A stretch of DNA of 64,000 bases from NCBI GenBank assembly GCA_964057225.1, contig OZ059899.1, positions 1,612,001 to 1,676,000 of the forward strand, given 5' to 3'. The stretch is from Auanema rhodensis (Eukaryota > Animalia > Nematoda). Of the stretch, positions 41,753 to 54,800 are shown piece by piece. The notes under the pieces are model-generated. The model saw only the letters and a program-made list of their open reading frames with translations. It searched no databases and was not told where the DNA came from. A program made the translations under genes and the position numbers. Position 1 is the first letter of the stretch; every line of letters starts with the position of its first letter.

Positions 41753-44700
41753 ATATAAGTGTGAACTTATATCAATTGATATCTCGGTGCATTTTTAAGC
41801 TAGCGCAAATCTGATAACACAGATCGACGCAGCTTAAAAATCCGCATCGAATGCACTATACTACATTGAGAAAGGCTTAATACAAAAATTAGTTATGATC
41901 GTTTGAAAAATGATGCATTAGTGTATGTTGAGTTTCCATGTACACTCAACATTGCTTCCAAAAACATTTTGACAAAAATTTTTTCGAAAAATTTCAAAAT
42001 AATTTAGCAAAAAGTAGATGTTTTTAGATTCCATTTTTCAAGGCAAATACGATGGACAATGTTAATCAACGAAAAAAATAATTCTTCAGGGTGAAAATCG
42101 AGGATATAAGTGTGAACTTATATCAGTTGATATCTCGGTGCATTTTTAAGCTAGCGCAAATCTGATAACACAGATCGACGCAGCTTAAAAATCTGCATCG
42201 AATGCACTATACTACATTGAGAAAAACTTAATACAAAAATTAGTTATGATCGTTTGAAAAATGATGCATTAGTGTATGTTGAGTTTCCATGTACACTCAA
42301 CATTGCTTCCAAAAACATTTTGACAAAAATTTTTTCGAAAAATTTCAAAATAATTTAGCAAAAAGTAGATGTTTTTAGATTCCATTTTTCAAGGCAAAGA
42401 CGATGGACAATGTTATTCAACGAAAAAAATAATTCTTCAGAGTGAAAATCGAGGATATAAGTGTGAACTTATATCAGTTGATATCTCGGTGCATTTTTAA
42501 GCTAGCGCAAATCTGATAACACAGATCGACGCAGCTTAAAAATCCGCATCGAATGCACTATACTACATTGAGAAACGCTTAATACAAAAATTAGTTATGA
42601 TCGTTTGAAAAATGATGCATTAGTGTATGTTGAGTTTCCATGTACACTCAACATTGCTTCCAAAAACATTTTGACAAAAATTTTTTTGAAAAATTTCAGA
42701 ATAATTTAGCAAAAAGTAGATGTTTTTAGATTCCATTTTTCAAGGCAAAGACGATAGACAATGTTATTCAACAAGAAAATTAATTCTTCAGGGTGAAAAT
42801 CGAGGATATAAGTGTGAACTTATATCAGTTGATATCTCGGTGCATTTTTAAGCTAGCGCAAATCTGATAACACAGATCGACGCAGCTTGAAAATCCGCAT
42901 CGAATGCACTATACTACATTGAGAAAGGCTTAATACAAAAATTAGTTATGATCGTTTGAAAAATGATGCATTAGTGTATGTTGAGTTTCCATGTACACTC
43001 AACATTGCTTCCAAAAACATTTTGACAAAAATTTTTTCCAAAAATTTCAAAATAATTTAGCAAAAAGTAGATGTTTTTAGATTCCATTTTACAAGGCAAA
43101 GACGATGGACAATGTTATTCAACGAAAAAAATAATTCTTCAGGGTGAAAATCGAGGATATAAGTGTGAACTTATATCAATTGATATCTCGGTGCATTTTT
43201 AAGCTAGCGCAAATCTGATAACACAGATCGACGCAGCTTAAAAATCCGCATCGAATGCACTATACCACATTGAGAAAGGCTTAATACAAAAATTAGTTAT
43301 GATCGTTTGAAAAATGATGCATTAGTGTATGTTGAGTTTCCATGTACACTCAACATTGCTTCCAAAAACATTTTGACAAAAATTTTTTCGAAAAATTTCA
43401 AAATAATTTAGCAAAAAGTAGATGTTTTTAGATTCCATTTTTTAAGGCAAATACGATGGACAATGTTAATCAACGAAAAAAATAATTCTTCAGGGTGAAA
43501 ATCGAGGATATAAGTGTGAACTTATATCAGTTGATATCTCGGTGCATTTTTAAGCTAGCGCAAATCTGATAACACAGATCGACGCAGCTTAAAAATCCGC
43601 ATCGAATGCACTATACTACATTGAGAAAGGCTTAATACAAAAATTAGTTATGATCGTTTGAAAAATGATGCATTAGTGTATGTTGAGTTTCCATGTACAC
43701 TCAACATTGCTTCCAAAAACATTTTGACAAAAATTTTTTCGAAAAATTTCAAAATAATTTAGCAAAAAGTAGATGTTTTTAGATTCCATTTTTCAAGGCA
43801 AATACGATGGACAATGTTAATCAACGAAAAAAATAATTCTTCAGGGTGAAAATCGAGGATATAAGTGTGAACTTATATCAGTTGATATCTCGGTGCATTT
43901 TTAAGCTAGCGCAAATCTGATAACACAGATCGACGCAGCTTAAAAATCTGCATCGAATGCACTATACTACATTGAGAAAAACTTAATACAAAAATTAGTT
44001 ATGATCGTTTGAAAAATGATGCATTAGTGTATGTTGAGTTTCCATGTACACTCAACATTGCTTCCAAAAACATTTTGACAAAAATTTTTTCGAAAAATTT
44101 CAAAATAATTTAGCAAAAAGTAGATGTTTTTAGATTCCATTTTTCAAGGCAAAGACGATGGACAATGTTATTCAACGAAAAAAATAATTCTTCAGAGTGA
44201 AAATCGAGGATATAAGTGTGAACTTATATCAGTTGATATCTCGGTGCATTTTTAAGCTAGCGCAAATCTGATAACACAGATCGACGCAGCTTAAAAATCC
44301 GCATCGAATGCACTATACTACATTGAGAAACGCTTAATACAAAAATTAGTTATGATCGTTTGAAAAATGATGCATTAGTGTATGTTGAGTTTCCATGTAC
44401 ACTCAACATTGCTTCCAAAAACATTTTGACAAAAATTTTTTTGAAAAATTTCAGAATAATTTAGCAAAAAGTAGATGTTTTTAGATTCCATTTTTCAAGG
44501 CAAAGACGATAGACAATGTTATTCAACAAGAAAATTAATTCTTCAGGGTGAAAATCGAGGATATAAGTGTGAACTTATATCAGTTGATATCTCGGTGCAT
44601 TTTTAAGCTAGCGCAAATCTGATAACACAGATCGACGCAGCTTGAAAATCCGCATCGAATGCACTATACTACATTGAGAAAGGCTTAATACAAAAATTAG

Positions 44701-45262
44701 TTATGATCGTTTGAAAAATGATGCATTAGTGTATGTTGAGTTTCCATGTACACTCAACATTGCTTCCAAAAACATTTTGACAAAAATTTTTTCCAAAAAT
44801 TTCAAAATAATTTAGCAAAAAGTAGATGTTTTTAGATTCCATTTTACAAGGCAAAGACGATGGACAATGTTATTCAACGAAAAAAATAATTCTTCAGGGT
44901 GAAAATCGAGGATATAAGTGTGAACTTATATCAATTGATATCTCGGTGCATTTTTAAGCTAGCGCAAATCTGATAACACAGATCGACGCAGCTTAAAAAT
45001 CCGCATCGAATGCACTATACCACATTGAGAAAGGCTTAATACAAAAATTAGTTATGATCGTTTGAAAAATGATGCATTAGTGTATGTTGAGTTTCCATGT
45101 ACACTCAACATTGCTTCCAAAAACATTTTGACAAAAATTTTTTCGAAAAATTTCAAAATAATTTAGCAAAAAGTAGATGTTTTTAGATTCCATTTTTTAA
45201 GGCAAATACGATGGACAATGTTAATCAACGAAAAAAATAATTCTTCAGGGTGAAAATCGAGG
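41753..45262 (+). repeat. Tandem duplication of 5 monomers (1755 bp) on a 4-monomer background unit
   Basis: AATCTGCATC (~42194, ~43949) and TATACCACAT (~43266, ~45021) recur 1755 bp apart. Confidence 0.88.
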
Positions 45263-45399
45263 ATATAAGTGTGAACTTATATCAGTTGATATCTCGGTGC
45301 ATTTTTAAGCTAGCGCAAATCTGATAACACAGATCGACGCAGCTTAAAAATCCGCATCGAATGCACTATACTACATTGAGAAAAACTTAATACAAAAAT

Positions 45400-48300
45400 T
45401 AGTTATGATCGTTTGAAAAATGATGCATTAGTGTATGTTGAGTTTCCATGTACACTCAACATTGCTTCCAAAAACATTTTGACAAAAATTTTTTCGAAAA
45501 ATTTCAAAATAATTTAGCAAAAAGTAGATGTTTTTAGATTCCATTTTTCAAGGCAAAGACGATGGACAATGTTATTCAACGAAAAAAATAATTCTTCAGA
45601 GTGAAAATCGAGGATATAAGTGTGAACTTATATCAGTTGATATCTCGGTGCATTTTTAAGCTAGCGCAAATCTGATAACACAGATCGACGCAGCTTAAAA
45701 ATCCGCATCGAATGCACTATACTACATTGAGAAACGCTTAATACAAAAATTAGTTATGATCGTTCGAAAAATGATGCATTAGTGTATGTTGAGTTTCCAT
45801 GTACACTCAACATTGCTTCCAAAAACATTTTGACAAAAATTTTTTTGAAAAATTTCAGAATAATTTAGCAAAAAGTAGATGTTTTTAGATTCCATTTTTC
45901 AAGGCAAAGACGATAGACAATGTTATTCAACAAGAAAATTAATTCTTCAGGGTGAAAATCGAGGATATAAGTGTGAACTTATATCAGTTGATATCTCGGT
46001 GCATTTTTAAGCTAGCGCAAATCTGATAACACAGATCGACGCAGCTTAAAAATCCGCATCGAATGCACTATACTACATTGAGAAACGCTTAATACAAAAA
46101 TTAGTTATGATCGTTTGAAAAATGATGCATTAGTGTATGTTGAGTTTCCATGTACACTCAACATTGCTTCCAAAAACATTTTGACAAAAATTTTTTTGAA
46201 AAATTTCAGAATAATTTAGCAAAAAGTAGATGTTTTTAGATTCCATTTTTCAAGGCAAAGACGATAGACAATGTTATTCAACAAGAAAATTAATTCTTCA
46301 GGGTGAAAATCGAGGATATAAGTGTGAACTTATATCAGTTGATATCTCGGTGCATTTTTAAGCTAGCGCAAATCTGATAACACAGATCGACGCAGCTTGA
46401 AAATCCGCATCGAATGCACTATACTACATTGAGAAAGGCTTAATACAAAAATTAGTTATGATCGTTTGAAAAATGATGCATTAGTGTATGTTGAGTTTCC
46501 ATGTACACTCAACATTGCTTCCAAAAACATTTTGACAAAAATTTTTTCCAAAAATTTCAAAATAATTTAGCAAAAAGTAGATGTGTTTAGATTCCATTTT
46601 ACAAGGCAAAGACGATGGACAATGTTATTCAACGAAAAAAATAATTCTTCAGGGTGAAAATCGAGGATATAAGTGTGAACTTATATCAATTGATATCTCG
46701 GTGCATTTTTAAGCTAGCGCAAATCTGATAACACAGATCGACGCAGCTTAAAAATCCGCATCGAATGCACTATACTACATTGAGAAACGCTTAATACAAA
46801 AATTAGTTATGATCGTTTGAAAAATGATGCATTAGTGTATGTTGAGTTTCCATGTACACTCAACATTGCTACCAAAAACATTTTGACAAAAATTTTTTTG
46901 AAAAATTTCAGAATAATTTAGCAAAAAGTAGATGTTTTTAGATTCCATTTTTCAAGGCAAAGACGATGGACAATGTTATTCAACGAAAAAAATAATTCTT
47001 CAGGGTGAAAATCGAGGATATAAGTGTGAACTTATATCAGTTGATATCTCGGTGCATTTTTAAGCTAGCGCAAATCTGATAACACAGATCGACGCAGCTT
47101 AAAAATCCGCATCGAATGCACTATACTACATTGAGAAAAACTTAATACAAAAATTAGTTATGATCGTTTGAAAAATGATGCATTAGTGTATGTTGAGTTT
47201 CCATGTACACTCAACATTGCTTCCAAAAACATTTTGACAAAAATTTTTTCGAAAAATTTCGAAATAATTTAGCAAAAAGTAGATGTTTTTAGATTCCATT
47301 TTTCAAGGCAAAGACGATGGACAATGTTATTCAACGAAAAAAATAATTCTTCAGAGTGAAAATCGAGGATATAAGTGTGAACTTATATCAGTTGATATCT
47401 CGGTGCATTTTTAAGCTAGCGCAAATCTGATAACACAGATCGACGCAGCTTAAAAATCCGCATCGAATGCACTATACTACATTGAGAAACGCTTAATACA
47501 AAAATTAGTTATGATCGTTTGAAAAATGATGCATTAGTGTATGTTGAGTTTCCATGTACACTCAACATTGCTTCCAAAAACATTTTGACAAAAATTTTTT
47601 TGAAAAATTTCAGAATAATTTAGCAAAAAGTAGATGTTTTTAGATTCCATTTTTCAAGGCAAAGACGATAGACAATGTTATTCAACAAGAAAATTAATTC
47701 TTCAGGGTGAAAATCGAGGATATAAGTGTGAACTTATATCAGTTGATATCTCGGTGCATTTTTAAGCTAGCGCAAATCTGATAACACAGATCGACGCAGC
47801 TTGAAAATCCGCATCGAATGCACTATACTACATTGAGAAAGGCTTAATACAAAAATTAGTTATGATCGTTTGAAAAATGATGCATTAGTGTATGTTGAGT
47901 TTCCATGTACACTCAACATTGCTTCCAAAAACATTTTGACAAAAATTTTTTCCAAAAATTTCAAAATAATTTAGCAAAAAGTAGATGTTTTTAGATTCCA
48001 TTTTACAAGGCAAAGACGATGGACAATGTTATTCAACGAAAAAAATAATTCTTCAGGGTGAAAATCGAGGATATAAGTGTGAACTTATATCAATTGATAT
48101 CTCGGTGCATTTTTAAGCTAGCGCAAATCTGATAACACAGATCGACGCAGCTTAAAAATCCGCATCGAATGCACTATACTACATTGAGAAACGCTTAATA
48201 CAAAAATTAGTTATGATCGTTTGAAAAATGATGCATTAGTGTATGTTGAGTTTCCATGTACACTCAACATTGCTTCCAAAAACATTTTGACAAAAATTTT

Positions 48301-51300
48301 TTTGAAAAATTTCAGAATAATTTAGCAAAAAGTAGATGTTTTTAGATTCCATTTTTCAAGGCAAAGACGATAGACAATGTTATTCAACAAGAAAATTAAT
48401 TCTTCAGGGTGAAAATCGAGGATATAAGTGTGAACTTATATCAGTTGATATCTCGGTGCATTTTTAAGCTAGCGCAAATCTGATAACACAGATCGACGCA
48501 GCTTGAAAATCCGCATCGAATGCACTATACTACATTGAGAAAGGCTTAATACAAAAATTAGTTATGATCGTTTGAAAAATGATGCATTAGTGTATGTTGA
48601 GTTTCCATGTACACTCAACATTGCTTCCAAAAACATTTTGACAAAAATTTTTTCGAAAAATTTCAAAATAATTTAGCAAAAAGTAGATGTTTTTAGATTC
48701 CATTTTTCAAGGCAAAGACGATGGACAATGTTATTCAACGAAAAAAATAATTCTTCAGAGTGAAAATCGAGGATATAAGTGTGAACTTATATCAGTTGAT
48801 ATCTCGGTGCATTTTTAAGCTAGCGCAAATCTGATAACACAGATCGACGCAGCTTAAAAATCCGCATCGAATGCACTATACTACATTGAGAAACGCTTAA
48901 TACAAAAATTAGTTATGATCGTTCGAAAAATGATGCATTAGTGTATGTTGAGTTTCCATGTACACTCAACATTGCTTCCAAAAACATTTTGACAAAAATT
49001 TTTTTGAAAAATTTCAGAATAATTTAGCAAAAAGTAGATGTTTTTAGATTCCATTTTTCAAGGCAAAGACGATAGACAATGTTATTCAACAAGAAAATTA
49101 ATTCTTCAGGGTGAAAATCGAGGATATAAGTGTGAACTTATATCAGTTGATATCTCGGTGCATTTTTAAGCTAGCGCAAATCTGATAACACAGATCGACG
49201 CAGCTTAAAAATCCGCATCGAATGCACTATACTACATTGAGAAACGCTTAATACAAAAATTAGTTATGATCGTTTGAAAAATGATGCATTAGTGTATGTT
49301 GAGTTTCCATGTACACTCAACATTGCTTCCAAAAACATTTTGACAAAAATTTTTTTGAAAAATTTCAGAATAATTTAGCAAAAAGTAGATGTTTTTAGAT
49401 TCCATTTTTCAAGGCAAAGACGATAGACAATGTTATTCAACAAGAAAATTAATTCTTCAGGGTGAAAATCGAGGATATAAGTGTGAACTTATATCAGTTG
49501 ATATCTCGGTGCATTTTTAAGCTAGCGCAAATCTGATAACACAGATCGACGCAGCTTGAAAATCCGCATCGAATGCACTATACTACATTGAGAAAGGCTT
49601 AATACAAAAATTAGTTATGATCGTTTGAAAAATGATGCATTAGTGTATGTTGAGTTTCCATGTACACTCAACATTGCTTCCAAAAACATTTTGACAAAAA
49701 TTTTTTCCAAAAATTTCAAAATAATTTAGCAAAAAGTAGATGTGTTTAGATTCCATTTTACAAGGCAAAGACGATGGACAATGTTATTCAACGAAAAAAA
49801 TAATTCTTCAGGGTGAAAATCGAGGATATAAGTGTGAACTTATATCAATTGATATCTCGGTGCATTTTTAAGCTAGCGCAAATCTGATAACACAGATCGA
49901 CGCAGCTTAAAAATCCGCATCGAATGCACTATACTACATTGAGAAACGCTTAATACAAAAATTAGTTATGATCGTTTGAAAAATGATGCATTAGTGTATG
50001 TTGAGTTTCCATGTACACTCAACATTGCTACCAAAAACATTTTGACAAAAATTTTTTTGAAAAATTTCAGAATAATTTAGCAAAAAGTAGATGTTTTTAG
50101 ATTCCATTTTTCAAGGCAAAGACGATGGACAATGTTATTCAACGAAAAAAATAATTCTTCAGGGTGAAAATCGAGGATATAAGTGTGAACTTATATCAGT
50201 TGATATCTCGGTGCATTTTTAAGCTAGCGCAAATCTGATAACACAGATCGACGCAGCTTAAAAATCCGCATCGAATGCACTATACTACATTGAGAAAAAC
50301 TTAATACAAAAATTAGTTATGATCGTTTGAAAAATGATGCATTAGTGTATGTTGAGTTTCCATGTACACTCAACATTGCTTCCAAAAACATTTTGACAAA
50401 AATTTTTTCGAAAAATTTCGAAATAATTTAGCAAAAAGTAGATGTTTTTAGATTCCATTTTTCAAGGCAAAGACGATGGACAATGTTATTCAACGAAAAA
50501 AATAATTCTTCAGAGTGAAAATCGAGGATATAAGTGTGAACTTATATCAGTTGATATCTCGGTGCATTTTTAAGCTAGCGCAAATCTGATAACACAGATC
50601 GACGCAGCTTAAAAATCCGCATCGAATGCACTATACTACATTGAGAAACGCTTAATACAAAAATTAGTTATGATCGTTTGAAAAATGATGCATTAGTGTA
50701 TGTTGAGTTTCCATGTACACTCAACATTGCTTCCAAAAACATTTTGACAAAAATTTTTTTGAAAAATTTCAGAATAATTTAGCAAAAAGTAGATGTTTTT
50801 AGATTCCATTTTTCAAGGCAAAGACGATAGACAATGTTATTCAACAAGAAAATTAATTCTTCAGGGTGAAAATCGAGGATATAAGTGTGAACTTATATCA
50901 GTTGATATCTCGGTGCATTTTTAAGCTAGCGCAAATCTGATAACACAGATCGACGCAGCTTGAAAATCCGCATCGAATGCACTATACTACATTGAGAAAG
51001 GCTTAATACAAAAATTAGTTATGATCGTTTGAAAAATGATGCATTAGTGTATGTTGAGTTTCCATGTACACTCAACATTGCTTCCAAAAACATTTTGACA
51101 AAAATTTTTTCCAAAAATTTCAAAATAATTTAGCAAAAAGTAGATGTTTTTAGATTCCATTTTACAAGGCAAAGACGATGGACAATGTTATTCAACGAAA
51201 AAAATAATTCTTCAGGGTGAAAATCGAGGATATAAGTGTGAACTTATATCAATTGATATCTCGGTGCATTTTTAAGCTAGCGCAAATCTGATAACACAGA

Positions 51301-51810
51301 TCGACGCAGCTTAAAAATCCGCATCGAATGCACTATACTACATTGAGAAACGCTTAATACAAAAATTAGTTATGATCGTTTGAAAAATGATGCATTAGTG
51401 TATGTTGAGTTTCCATGTACACTCAACATTGCTTCCAAAAACATTTTGACAAAAATTTTTTTGAAAAATTTCAGAATAATTTAGCAAAAAGTAGATGTTT
51501 TTAGATTCCATTTTTCAAGGCAAAGACGATAGACAATGTTATTCAACAAGAAAATTAATTCTTCAGGGTGAAAATCGAGGATATAAGTGTGAACTTATAT
51601 CAGTTGATATCTCGGTGCATTTTTAAGCTAGCGCAAATCTGATAACACAGATCGACGCAGCTTGAAAATCCGCATCGAATGCACTATACTACATTGAGAA
51701 AGGCTTAATACAAAAATTAGTTATGATCGTTTGAAAAATGATGCATTAGTGTATGTTGAGTTTCCATGTACACTCAACATTGCTTCCAAAAACATTTTGA
51801 CAAAAATTTT
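45400..51810 (+). repeat. Tandem duplication of 9 monomers (3159 bp); ends approximate
   Basis: Private GATGTGTTT (~46585, ~49744); CGTTCGAAA, GCTACCAAA and TTTCGAAAT also recur at 3159-bp spacing. The junction lies inside monomer 48422. Confidence 0.88.
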
Positions 51811-54800
51811 TTCCAAAAATTTCAAAATAATTTAGCAAAAAGTAGATGTTTTTAGATTCCATTTTACAAGGCAAAGACGATGGACAATGTTATTCAACGA
51901 AAAAAATAATTCTTCAGGGTGAAAATCGAGGATATAAGTGTGAACTTATATCAATTGATATCTCGGTGCATTTTTAAGCTAGCGCAAATCTGATAACACA
52001 GATCGACGCAGCTTAAAAATCCGCATCGAATGCACTATACTACATTGAGAAACGCTTAATACAAAAATTAGTTATGATCGTTTGAAAAATGATGCATTAG
52101 TGTATGTTGAGTTTCCATGTACACTCAACATTGCTACCAAAAACATTTTGACAAAAATTTTTTTGAAAAATTTCAGAATAATTTAGCAAAAAGTAGATGT
52201 TTTTAGATTCCATTTTTCAAGGCAAAGACGATGGACAATGTTATTCAACGAAAAAAATAATTCTTCAGGGTGAAAATCGAGGATATAAGTGTGAACTTAT
52301 ATCAGTTGATATCTCGGTGCATTTTTAAGCTAGCGCAAATCTGATAACACAGATCGACGCAGCTTAAAAATCCGCATCGAATGCACTATACTACATTGAG
52401 AAAAACTTAATACAAAAATTAGTTATGATCGTTTGAAAAATGATGCATTAGTGTATGTTGAGTTTCCAAGTACACTCAACATTGCTTCCAAAAACATTTT
52501 GACAAAAATTTTTTCGAAAAATTTCGAAATAATTTAGCAAAAAGTAGATGTTTTTAGATTCCATTTTTCAAGGCAAAGACGATGGACAATGTTATTCAAC
52601 GAAAAAAATAATTCTTCAGGGTGAAAATCGAGGATATAAGTGTGAACTTATATCAGTTGATATCTCGGTGCATTTTTAAGCTAGCGCAAATCTGATAACA
52701 CAGATCGACGAAACTTAAAAATCCGCATCGAATGCACTATACTACATTGAGAAACGCTTAATACAAAAATTAGTTATGATCGTTTGAAAAATGATGCATT
52801 AGTGTATGTTGAGTTTCCATGTACACTCAACATTGCTTCCAAAAACATTTTGACAAAAATTTTTTCGAAAAATTTCAAAATAATTTAGCAAAAAGTAGAT
52901 GTTTTTAGATTCCATTTTTCAAGGCAAAGACGATGGACAATGTTATTCAACGAAAAAAATAATTCTTCAGAGTGAAAATCGAGGATATAAGTGTGAACTT
53001 ATATCAGTTGATATCTCGGTGCATTTTTAAGTTAGCGCAAATCTGATAACACAGATCGACGCAGCTTAAAAATCCGCATCGAATGCACTATACTACATTG
53101 AGAAACGCTTAATACAAAAATTAGTTATGATCGTTTGAAAAATGATGCATTAGTGTATGTTGAGTTTCCATGTACACTCAACATTGCTTCCAAAAACATT
53201 TTGACAAAAATTTTTTTGAAAAATTTCAGAATAATTTAGCAAAAAGTAGATGTTTTTAGATTCCATTTTTCAAGGCAAAGACGATAGACAATGTTATTCA
53301 ACAAGAAAATTAATTCTTCAGGGTGAAAATCGAGGATATAAGTGTGAACTTATATCAGTTGATATCTCGGTGCATTTTTAAGCTAGCGCAAATCTGATAA
53401 CACTGATCGACGCAGCTTGAAAATCCGCATCGAATGCACTATACTACATTGAGAAAGGCTTAATACAAAAATTAGTTATGATCGTTTGAAAAATGATGCA
53501 TTAGTGTATGTTGAGTTTCCATGTACACTCAACATTGCTTCCAAAAACATTTTGACAAAAATTTTTTCCAAAAATTTCAAAATAATTTAGCAAAAAGAAG
53601 ATGTTTTTAGATTCCATTTTACAAGGCAAAGACGATGGACAATGTTATTCAACGAAAAAAATAATTCTTCAGGGTGAAAATCGAGGATATAAGTGTGAAC
53701 TTATATCAATTGATATCTCGGTGCATTTTTAAGCTAGCGCAAATCTGATAACACAGATCGACGCAGCTTAAAAATCCGCATCGAATGCACTATACTACAT
53801 TGAGAAACGCTTAATACAAAAATTAGTTATGATCGTTTGAAAAATGATGCATTAGTGTATGTTGAGTTTCCATGTACACTCAACATTGCTTCCAAAAACA
53901 TTTTGACAAAAATTTTTTTGAAAAATTTCAAAATAATTTAGCAAAAAGTAGATGTTTTTAGATTCCATTTTTCAAGGCAAAGACGATAGACAATGTTATT
54001 CAACAAGAAAATTAATTCTTCAGGGTGAAAATCGAGGATATAAGTGTGAACTTATATCAGTTGATATCTCGGTGCATTTTTAAGCTAGCGCAAATCTGAT
54101 AACACAGATCGACGCAGCTTGAAAATCCGCATCGAATGCACTATACTACATTGAGAAAGGCTTAATACAAAAATTAGTTATGATCGTTTGAAAAATGATG
54201 CATTAGTGTATGTTGAGTTTCCATGTACACTCAACATTGCTTCCAAAAACATTTTGACAAAAATTTTTTCCAAAAATTTCAAAATAATTTAGCAAAAAGT
54301 AGATGTTTTTAGATTCCATTTTACAAGGCAAAGACGATGGACAATGTTATTCAACGAAAAAAATAATTCTTCAGGGTGAAAATCGAGGATATAAGTGTGA
54401 ACTTATATCAATTGATATCTCGGTGCATTTTTAAGCTAGCGCAAATCTGATAACACAGATCGACGCAGCTTGAAAATCCGCATCGAATGCACTATACTAC
54501 ATTGAGAAACGCTTAATACAAAAATTAGTTATGATCGTTTGAAAAATGATGCATTAGTGTATGTTGAGTTTCCATGTACACTCAACATTGCTTCCAAAAA
54601 CATTTTGACAAAAATTTTTTCCAAAAATTTCAAAATAATTTAGCAAAAAGTAGATGTTTTTAGATTCCATTTTACAAGGCAAAGACGATGGACAATGTTA
54701 TTCAACGAAAAAAATAATTCTTCAGGGTGAAAATCGAGGATATAAGTGTGAACTTATATCAATTGATATCTCGGTGCATTTTTAAGCTAGCGCAAATCTG

